Virus record (IMG/VR): IMGVR_UViG_3300042466_000463 | Location: 1-55,010 of that record | Origin: a virus | Taxonomy: Duplodnaviria; Caudoviricetes | Length of the DNA stretch: 55,010 nt | Reading direction: 5' to 3' (one strand) | Part shown: in pieces, positions 48,457 to 55,010 of the stretch | How positions within the stretch are numbered: position 1 is the stretch's first letter | How the letters are laid out: every line of letters begins with the position of its first letter | Translations under genes and position numbers: made by a program | Notes under the pieces: generated by a model | Databases searched by the model: none | The model's input: the letters and a program-made list of their open reading frames with translations, nothing else | What the model was told of the DNA's origin: nothing

Positions 48457-48778
48457 CGATACAGTAAAAATCCACGTAGACGTAGCAAAGAAGGTTATTA
48501 AAGACCTTTTGTTGTTAGATGGAATAAAGCAACATAATGATACTTTAACGTCGATTTTGATGCTTAAAAACGACATTATCGCTAATAAGGACTTACAGAT
48601 AGAAAACTATAAGAAGATAGGTCTAAATCAAGAGATAAAAGAAGCTATCTATGATAGTGAACTATCCAAGAAGACTATGGAATTGCGCAATGTTAACAGG
48701 AAACTATCCGTACAATCTAAACTTAAGTGGATATATCTAGCTGTTGGAGTAATTACTACCGGACTAATCTTGAAGTAA
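48380..48778 (+). CDS. Signal peptide + coiled coil + C-terminal TM protein (spanin-like)
   Basis: MKKILLMSIVCLLTLSKAGSQ; C-terminal WIYLAVGVITTGLILK; 77-nt overlap. Confidence 0.6.
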   Translation: MKKILLMSIVCLLTLSKAGSQTVTNNDTVKIHVDVAKKVIKDLLLLDGIKQHNDTLTSILMLKNDIIANKDLQIENYKKIGLNQEIKEAIYDSELSKKTMELRNVNRKLSVQSKLKWIYLAVGVITTGLILK

Positions 48779-48952
48779 CTACTTTGATGGCTTTTCTTTT
48801 TTAGAGAAGTCTATCTTAGTATTATCGTACTTGTATACCAACTTTCTTCTTTCCTTAATTCTTGCTTCTATCATTTCAGTTAGTTTATTTATCTCTAATG
48901 TTAGAAGTTCTACTCTTTCATTATCTTGCACTGACTCGTAAAGTGGTATCAT
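48779..48952 (-). CDS. 57-aa hypothetical protein (not in ORF track)
   Basis: MIPLYESVQDNERVELLTLEINKLTEMIEARIKERRK...; stop abuts the convergent gene. Confidence 0.55.
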   Translation of the reverse strand: MIPLYESVQDNERVELLTLEINKLTEMIEARIKERRKLVYKYDNTKIDFSKKEKPSK

Positions 48953-48970
48953 TTTATTAAATATTTAGGG

Positions 48971-49177
48971 ATGCAATATAAAACATATAATCTAATCATG
49001 GAAGGCGAAATTGACAACTCTGAAAAGATTGTTGTTAAATCGTTTATCATATCTAAATCAGATGACTTAGATGATGTTTTGGATATGGCGGAACTAGCCG
49101 GCTCGGTGTCTATAACAAAAAATGGAACGAGCCACGAAAATGACCCGTTCCTTATTAAGACAGTTAGAATGAATTAA
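48971..49177 (+). CDS. Hypothetical protein (start possibly 48998)
   Basis: Short acidic ORF whose stop overlaps the convergent gene. Confidence 0.5.
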   Translation: MQYKTYNLIMEGEIDNSEKIVVKSFIISKSDDLDDVLDMAELAGSVSITKNGTSHENDPFLIKTVRMN

Positions 49178-50214
49178 AATATGTGAACAAATCTTGCTAT
49201 CTGACCATGCAGTTTATGATGCAAGAATCCTTCAACAGCTTTGGGGGCGTGAGTATAACCATTACGGTGATGCCAACTATCTGTTCCTGATGGACTTCTT
49301 AGGGTCTCAACATTAACACCCATATAATCTTTAGAGCGTTTATGATGCAAGTGATGTACATAAAAATACTTGTGCTTGCACTCTGACCAGTCTAATCCGG
49401 CCTCGTGAGCCATTAGCATAGGCAAATCAGATTCTTTTGCTCCGTCTCCGTGCGTTGTACCTATTAGGTTATTATGGTATCTAAAATACTTTCTGTGAGC
49501 TATTGAACAGTTAAACATAACAGCCCTATCTTTTGAGAACCAACTGTTTATCGTATCTGCTAGGAAGAAACCATTCGTATAGTCGTGATTTGATGGGTCA
49601 TACTGAACATATACGTCAGCAATCTCTCTAAGAACTTCTATGATTTCTATATGCATTTGCTTTGCAATCAAGAAGTTATCATACCACATACCATCTGTAT
49701 CCTGTGGAGTACCTGATGTAGTTTGTCTCTTTGGAGTATCTACGTGTAAAATATCGTTGCCTATTACGTAAAGGATTCTATCTTTTTTGAAACCGCTAGA
49801 TTTCTCTATGATTCCATAGACGCCTTCCATAACTCTTTTAACAGCTATATCTACGTTGTAATCCTCTCCTGTCTCAAATGCGCTAGATAATTTACCTATG
49901 TGAATATCTGCTGGGTCAACAACTAACAGATGATAGTCGTCTTGTTTTAGAACTCTGTCTCTTGTTGGGTATTTATACTGAGGGGAGTACTTGGTCATAG
50001 AGTCGATAATCTCGTCTCTAACTTCCATATACCCCTTGCCTCTGTTTGCTACATTAATAGAGAAGTGGTCTCCCTTGAACCAATAATGTTTTACATCTTG
50101 TATGGGGATTCCATTTAACTCGCACTCGTTAGCTAGGGCTTCATGTCTAGTTCTAATGTCTTTTAGAATCTCGAATTCATCTTGCGTAATGCGAGGTCTG
50201 ATTTGGTTGTTCAT
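49174..50214 (-). CDS. Calcineurin-like metallophosphoesterase
   Basis: DIHIG, GNDILH, SNHD, THGD and HHLHH motifs. Confidence 0.85.
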   Translation of the reverse strand: MNNQIRPRITQDEFEILKDIRTRHEALANECELNGIPIQDVKHYWFKGDHFSINVANRGKGYMEVRDEIIDSMTKYSPQYKYPTRDRVLKQDDYHLLVVDPADIHIGKLSSAFETGEDYNVDIAVKRVMEGVYGIIEKSSGFKKDRILYVIGNDILHVDTPKRQTTSGTPQDTDGMWYDNFLIAKQMHIEIIEVLREIADVYVQYDPSNHDYTNGFFLADTINSWFSKDRAVMFNCSIAHRKYFRYHNNLIGTTHGDGAKESDLPMLMAHEAGLDWSECKHKYFYVHHLHHKRSKDYMGVNVETLRSPSGTDSWHHRNGYTHAPKAVEGFLHHKLHGQIARFVHIF

Positions 50215-50235
50215 TGTTTATTTGCTTTATTGGGT

Positions 50236-50646
50236 TTAGTTTTTTCTCCTACCCCTTTTCGCACTTTTCTTTACAGCAGATAGGTCATTGGCTTTTAGCT
50301 TGGCTATCAGCTCTATGCATTCTGTTTGAGATGAAGGGAAGAATATCTCCGGAGTGAACTCTTCCCTAGAAGACAAGAAGTATTTGAATAGCTTCCATCT
50401 TAATTTATTCTCGGGTCTAAAAAAACCCTTGGTATCAACGATGACTGGAAAGTCTTTTGGATACACTACAAAGTCGACTGTTAAAGTCATTTTCCTTAAC
50501 GTCTCACTATTGTATTTTATTTTGTCAAATAGTACATATTCTACCTGGAACTCGAACCTTAACTTACTTTTAACAAGTAGCTCATACATATAGAGCTCTA
50601 GCTTAGAGTCGAATTTAAGTCCATGCTTATGTACCTTTTTTATCAT
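50236..50646 (-). CDS. DUF1064-like PD-(D/E)XK nuclease
   Basis: FDSKLE, VDFV and VDTKG motifs. Confidence 0.75.
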   Translation of the reverse strand: MIKKVHKHGLKFDSKLELYMYELLVKSKLRFEFQVEYVLFDKIKYNSETLRKMTLTVDFVVYPKDFPVIVDTKGFFRPENKLRWKLFKYFLSSREEFTPEIFFPSSQTECIELIAKLKANDLSAVKKSAKRGRRKN

Positions 50647-50912
50647 TTCTTGCCTCTAGCTCTTTTGTCTCCAGGTTGGTCTGACTTTGAGCCACGGTTA
50701 GCTGATTGAGATTTAACCTTTAAGCCTGACTTGGTATGAGCCATATCTTTCTTGTCTCCGTTACCATATGTACCGGCTTTTCTATTGGCTTTATTAAGTT
50801 CAGTACGCTTTTCTACTTGCTCTTTCTTCTTATTGAAAGCCTTGTCGTAGTCAGCCTTTTTCTTTTTAGCTTCAGGGTTCTTGTCGTAGAACTCTTGTGT
50901 TTTACCTTTCAT
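50643..50912 (-). CDS. Small basic protein with a truncated HNH-like motif
   Basis: GDKKDMAH...SANRG. Confidence 0.55.
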   Translation of the reverse strand: MKGKTQEFYDKNPEAKKKKADYDKAFNKKKEQVEKRTELNKANRKAGTYGNGDKKDMAHTKSGLKVKSQSANRGSKSDQPGDKRARGKK

Positions 50913-50913
50913 A

Positions 50914-51315
50914 TTATAATTTTTCTATTTCAGATTTAAGATATGATAATGAACTTCTAAGTATCTCCACTTGATAGTGCATCTCTTTGATTAACAGTTC
51001 CATTACTTCATCATAAAAAAGCACATCTCCCATCTCTGCATTGAGTATATATTTCTTCTCATTTGCATTCTTACCACTCTCTTGGTCTAACAAAGGTAGC
51101 TTTTGTAGTGCATATTTGTTGCATAAATATGTAAAAGATGCTTTTGTATGGGCAGCTAGGGCCTGAACGGACTGAATACACTCCATCTGTTTTAATACAG
51201 CTACGGGATTATCCATCTCTATCTTATTGGCTATAACCTTACGAACCGCTTCGTAGTTATTAACAGTTGCTTCAAATTTTCTATTGAGCAAATCATCTTT
51301 AAAAATCTCTCTCAT
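50914..51315 (-). CDS. Hypothetical helical protein
   Basis: 133 aa; ends LRSSLSYLKSE. Confidence 0.65.
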   Translation of the reverse strand: MREIFKDDLLNRKFEATVNNYEAVRKVIANKIEMDNPVAVLKQMECIQSVQALAAHTKASFTYLCNKYALQKLPLLDQESGKNANEKKYILNAEMGDVLFYDEVMELLIKEMHYQVEILRSSLSYLKSEIEKL

Positions 51316-51318
51316 ATA

Positions 51319-51681
51319 TTATTGTTTAAATAGTTCGTGTATTGGTATTAAAAAGCCCTTAGATGTATCGTTGTCTCCGCCATTCATTAAGTATCTACCT
51401 TCCTTATGAAACTTCCTTAGTTTATCTTTAAGGATAGTAACATCTAGTATAATGGCTGATTTAGATTCATCTATAATGTATATCCAATAATGAGCGTCTG
51501 ATGTAGATACTCCCGAAGGCTTTCCTCTTGACTCGTATTCTATAAATACATTGCCTGTTTTGTGAGCCATCCTATCGGTCTTTACTTCTACTTTCTTACC
51601 ACTAGTAAATATATCATTTACCCAATCCTCTCCAACAGTCCCAAAGTCTAAGTCGTGCGTGAAACTAGATGAGTATTTCAT
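51319..51681 (-). CDS. PD-(D/E)XK-like nuclease
   Basis: GE...EVKTD...TGNVFIE...SG...GGD. Confidence 0.7.
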   Translation of the reverse strand: MKYSSSFTHDLDFGTVGEDWVNDIFTSGKKVEVKTDRMAHKTGNVFIEYESRGKPSGVSTSDAHYWIYIIDESKSAIILDVTILKDKLRKFHKEGRYLMNGGDNDTSKGFLIPIHELFKQ

Positions 51682-51935
51682 TTTTTACTTTCTTTTAAAT
51701 ACTTCTCGTAATCAATGTGCCTTATTACGTAAGGCTTACCATTCTTGTCTGTTATTCTGCCATTTCCTCTTAGCTTTGAGTAAGAGAATTTACCTTGACT
51801 TGCTCCTAAAAATTTTAAGCAATCAGTTACTCTCTTAAATACTATTTTATTCTTTGGCCTCTCCTCTATTGGAAGTGTTAAATCATATAGAGCAATGGGG
51901 GTGCTCTCGAAAACATTTTCAATATTTACTTTCAT
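51678..51935 (-). CDS. Small putative DNA-binding protein
   Basis: FKRVTDCLKFLG resembles a NUMOD1/HTH start. Confidence 0.5.
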   Translation of the reverse strand: MKVNIENVFESTPIALYDLTLPIEERPKNKIVFKRVTDCLKFLGASQGKFSYSKLRGNGRITDKNGKPYVIRHIDYEKYLKESKK

Positions 51936-51937
51936 AC

Positions 51938-53740
51938 TTAGAACGGGATATTTTTTGATGTTGGTTTAGGAATTCTTTTAATAGGCGTGTCTCCATATAA
52001 GTCAACGAACTCAACTCCACCTCTTAATTTTAAGATGATAGGATTCTTTGACTGCGTAGGATTACCGCCAGTGTCTTTGTTTCTAATCTTGTGCACGTAG
52101 ATTTCCGTGTTCATCCATGTAGCTGCATCATATATATTTCTATGAATAGTTATGAAGTTATCCGTCTTGTTCATTAAGACAGAACCACCCTCAGCATCTG
52201 CTGCCCTTGGTGGAAGTTGGTTACCATCTTTGTCAACAGTCCTCTGTGCATTAGTATTAGTATGAACAGATAGGAATGTGCTGATGTTATGCTTTTTAGT
52301 GAATAGTAGTATCTCTGAATATGCTCTAACATTGTAATCATATTGCGTTGCTCTGCCTAACTCCATACTTAGTGAGTTGTATGGGTCTATAAGCAATCCT
52401 TTTATTGAACGATATTTAGCTGTGGTAATGACGTTATTTAATATGTCTTTATATGTTACCATGTCTAGATTATTCATAATAAAAAACCTATCATTTACCC
52501 ACTTCATAGCGACTTCAAAAATATCTTGTGGTACATCTTTAATCTTGTATCCTGTATAATATTCTATGAGCCTCATCTTTATTGATGCGGTCTTGTTCTC
52601 TCCTGAGAATATAAACCAACCCCAATCGTATTTATGTGCAGCAAGAAACGCCAACCATAAGTTGATAGTTGTCTTACCGGTATTAGCGTGAGAAAGTATT
52701 CCATAGAACTCTCCTTCTTTTAGAAGTAAGTGTTCATCTAGGTCTTTGTATCCATAAGGCATACCCATTGGAATCATGCCATGCTTAAACTTGTAGATGT
52801 AATCTTCGTCAGCTATATTGTCTGAAAGAAACGATAACTCCTGGTCTATAATACCAAGGTCATGTTCTACATTTAACAGTTCAGAATTAACCTCTGTTAA
52901 AGGTCTTGTCATACCGAATCTTAAACCATCTTCGATAGTTTTCTTTGCTAACGATATATCATCTACATTTCTTTTTGAAATCTCATGTATCAGTGTTTCC
53001 CTAGCCACATCATACTCCATAATTCCGGCAGAAACATATCCGCCCATAAGATTTGATGCAGACAATAAAACTTTATGCTTTTCCCCGTCAGGAGCCTTCC
53101 TAATCATACGAGCAGCTACATCTAGCTTTCTATAATCAGTAGATATTTGCGATAGGTTTATTGCGTCTCCAAAAGAAACAGTTTCTTCTTGTTCTAATTC
53201 GTAAAAAGGAACAGCAATCTCATTGATGTAAATGTCAGGGTCATACGATAGGAATAAGATACGACTCTCGTTTTGTGCAGTAGTATCTAAGAATGGAAAC
53301 TTCTTGCATAGTGCTCTATAATGCTCTCTATGTTTGTTTCCGTCAGATATTCTAACTAGACCGTGAAGTCCTCTGCCTGATGATGATGTCCACAATGCGT
53401 ATACATAAGGCTCGTGCATTAATGCCTCCTTTAACTCTTCCACATTATCTATGGAATCAACATCAATAGGAACTAATGAGCTGTGTTTTGTAAGCGACCT
53501 ATCATTTCTATACGACTCTCTTCCAGAGTCAGCTATGGGTCTTCTAAACTCTCCTGCGAAGCATACACATGGTAACTCCTTTTTGAGTTCTGTTCTCTCG
53601 GATTTGTCTTCCGAGTTCCTAATCTTATTTATAAGTTCTAAATTCTTGCCACCTGTCTTGATGGAATGTAATACGTTATCCACGGATGTGTAAATTGGAT
53701 TACCTACATCCGAGTAATGTTTGAATACTGTGACGTTCAT
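51938..53740 (-). CDS. Primase-helicase fusion (BT4734/VirE-N-like primase + DnaB-like SF4 helicase)
   Basis: KKELP...F.G.F, PIDVD, SSSGRGLH, R..FLSYDP; helicase HANTGKTT, IDPYN, SVH, K.R. Confidence 0.8.
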   Translation of the reverse strand: MNVTVFKHYSDVGNPIYTSVDNVLHSIKTGGKNLELINKIRNSEDKSERTELKKELPCVCFAGEFRRPIADSGRESYRNDRSLTKHSSLVPIDVDSIDNVEELKEALMHEPYVYALWTSSSGRGLHGLVRISDGNKHREHYRALCKKFPFLDTTAQNESRILFLSYDPDIYINEIAVPFYELEQEETVSFGDAINLSQISTDYRKLDVAARMIRKAPDGEKHKVLLSASNLMGGYVSAGIMEYDVARETLIHEISKRNVDDISLAKKTIEDGLRFGMTRPLTEVNSELLNVEHDLGIIDQELSFLSDNIADEDYIYKFKHGMIPMGMPYGYKDLDEHLLLKEGEFYGILSHANTGKTTINLWLAFLAAHKYDWGWFIFSGENKTASIKMRLIEYYTGYKIKDVPQDIFEVAMKWVNDRFFIMNNLDMVTYKDILNNVITTAKYRSIKGLLIDPYNSLSMELGRATQYDYNVRAYSEILLFTKKHNISTFLSVHTNTNAQRTVDKDGNQLPPRAADAEGGSVLMNKTDNFITIHRNIYDAATWMNTEIYVHKIRNKDTGGNPTQSKNPIILKLRGGVEFVDLYGDTPIKRIPKPTSKNIPF

Positions 53741-53756
53741 AGCTTAAAGTTGAGAG

Positions 53757-53823
53757 AATCCGGTATTGGAATCGAACCAATATCTTATCCGTACGAATAG
53801 TTTTACCATTAAACTAACCGGAT
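53757..53823 (-). tRNA. tRNA-like gene with shrunken anticodon loop
   Basis: Acceptor ATCCGGT/ACCGGAT, D arm GTTT-AATGGTA-AAAC, T arm ATTGG-TTCGATT-CCAAT; anticodon stem TATTC/GGATA closes only GTAC. Confidence 0.7.
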
Positions 53824-53828
53824 TACCA

Positions 53829-53905
53829 ACTAGATGCAGTTCCCATTAAATAATTCGCGATGATTAATTTAGTTAATTTTACTTTGATTATTTACTGCAA
53901 CTAGT
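53829..53905 (-). ncRNA. Candidate stem-loop RNA just upstream of the tRNA-like gene
   Basis: actagatgcagt (53829-53840) and actgcaactagt (53894-53905) form an 11/12 inverted repeat. Confidence 0.45.
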
Positions 53906-53917
53906 GTGGTCTTTTTT

Positions 53918-54187
53918 CTAGAATGGTAGGTCGTCATCTGCTTCCTTAACAGGAACTCTTTCCTGAGTTGCAGACTTTGTTGGAACCCATGTATCTTGAA
54001 CAGCGAACATGTTAGAGCCGAACTTATCCGGACTCTTTCTATTCTTTAATTCAACTTTTACAGAGCCCTTCTCATCTTGAAGTTTAGCTAACTCTTCGGT
54101 TAACAACTTAACATCAATAAGGAACTTAACGCCATACTGACTAGACTTGGCAAACTTGATGCCATTAATGTAATTGGTTTGTGACAT
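53918..54187 (-). CDS. Small SSB-like protein
   Basis: Beta-rich core with acidic DDDLPF C-terminus. Confidence 0.6.
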   Translation of the reverse strand: MSQTNYINGIKFAKSSQYGVKFLIDVKLLTEELAKLQDEKGSVKVELKNRKSPDKFGSNMFAVQDTWVPTKSATQERVPVKEADDDLPF

Positions 54188-54198
54188 TTGCTTTTGGT

Positions 54199-54435
54199 TT
54201 ACTTTTTTGTTACATTGATTTGAATATCGTATCCTAGTTGGTCGAATACATCTAATACAGCCCCTATGGATACTGTTCTTGGTTTACCCTTCACATCTTT
54301 ATATTTCCCTGAATAGTTGGCAAAGAACCAGTAGAAGTGTGACTTATGGTTTTTAGGTATTTCTTCTAACTGCTCTGCTAAACTTGGGAATGATTTTTGT
54401 AATTTGCTTTTGTTTATATATTTGAGGCGACTCAT
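54199..54435 (-). CDS. Hypothetical protein (possible HTH)
   Basis: 78 aa; ends LDVFDQLGYDI. Confidence 0.55.
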   Translation of the reverse strand: MSRLKYINKSKLQKSFPSLAEQLEEIPKNHKSHFYWFFANYSGKYKDVKGKPRTVSIGAVLDVFDQLGYDIQINVTKK

Positions 54436-54767
54436 TTAACCCTCCTTACGTGCTTTACTTTCCCAAACACTATTTTTACATCATATACAAATGGTTCATT
54501 GTTGTGGAATGTGTACATTCTAATATCCTTATCCCCGTTGTATCTTTTAGTACCCAAAGGAACGGCCTCCATCTTTTTAGAGAAGAGGCCATCCTCATCG
54601 GTATTATCTACTAATTGGAACTCATAATCTTCGTATGTTACATTGCCATCTCTCACGGTAAATTCTAGCCACTCTCTGTCTAGGTCGTGAGTTTGGAATA
54701 TCAGGCCCCTTTGAGTTGTCTCAGGAAGCTCATCCATCCATTTAATTATGTCGAATCTTTTTGACAT
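54432..54767 (-). CDS. Hypothetical protein
   Basis: 111 aa; minus-strand TATATTTG promoter at 54783-54790. Confidence 0.65.
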   Translation of the reverse strand: MSKRFDIIKWMDELPETTQRGLIFQTHDLDREWLEFTVRDGNVTYEDYEFQLVDNTDEDGLFSKKMEAVPLGTKRYNGDKDIRMYTFHNNEPFVYDVKIVFGKVKHVRRVK

Positions 54768-54814
54768 TGAATATATTTATTGCAAATATACAATGTTTTT
54801 TAGCAATTTATCCA

Positions 54815-55009
54815 CTACTTATTAACTTTTGTCATCCAACCTGGAAGAGAGAGGGTATTTTCATTGTTTACCTTCCAATCTATTCCAATATTGAAACCAT
54901 CTGCTATCATACAGCCTAAGAAGTCATTAGCAGTCTTTTTAACGGCATATTTACCTAACTCGATAAACTCTTGGTCAGGAATCATGAATCCAAAATCAAA
55001 TACAGAACC
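54815..55009 (-). CDS. C-terminus of a RecE/ExoVIII-like (DUF3799-type) exonuclease, partial
   Basis: ...EFIELGKYAVKK...C...G...LSLPGWMTKVNK; open to the window edge. Confidence 0.5.
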   Translation of the reverse strand, partial: GSVFDFGFMIPDQEFIELGKYAVKKTANDFLGCMIADGFNIGIDWKVNNENTLSLPGWMTKVNK

Positions 55010-55010
55010 T

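Noticed and set aside
9210-48778. Stop-codon reassignment (TAG or TGA) as in some crAss-like phages
   Set aside because: Long genes are intact in the standard code; TAG and TGA end genes at sensible boundaries; no suppressor tRNA seen
994-53693. Many antisense ORFs in the track (e.g. 994-1410, 32338-32889, 40146-40520, 52818-53135)
   Set aside because: Shadow frames of well-supported genes with no motifs or leaders

Overview
This is a 55-kb stretch of a lytic, AT-rich, podovirus-type dsDNA phage with crAss-like (Crassvirales-related) head and tail architecture. The host is most likely an environmental Bacteroidota, because TAnnTTTG -7 promoter elements precede about 16 genes. Layout: (i) 1-8243, a leftward early/accessory operon with a C5 methyltransferase, an M20/M28-type peptidase, an SCM-motif protein and many small acidic or membrane ORFs; (ii) 8244-9209, a repeat-rich divergent non-coding region next to a RepL-like gene; (iii) 9210-48778, a rightward late block with small basic proteins, GroES-like protein, TerL, portal, scaffold, MCP, ring/muzzle tail proteins, ejection proteins, fibres and a GH19 lysis cassette; (iv) 48779-55010, leftward DNA-metabolism genes (metallophosphoesterase, nucleases, primase-helicase, SSB-like protein, partial RecE-like exonuclease). 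The most notable signals are non-coding: a ~410-nt multi-hairpin element at 7398-7806 whose G-T wobbles point to the + strand, antisense to its operon, and two tRNA-shaped genes (106-206, 53757-53823) with intact acceptor/D/T arms but broken anticodon arms, each preceded by another structured element. Also notable: the cargo locus has no recognisable RNA polymerase, a three-gene membrane/coiled-coil set appears on both sides of the endolysin, and GATC appears to be avoided. All family assignments come from motif recognition by eye; no database searches were run.
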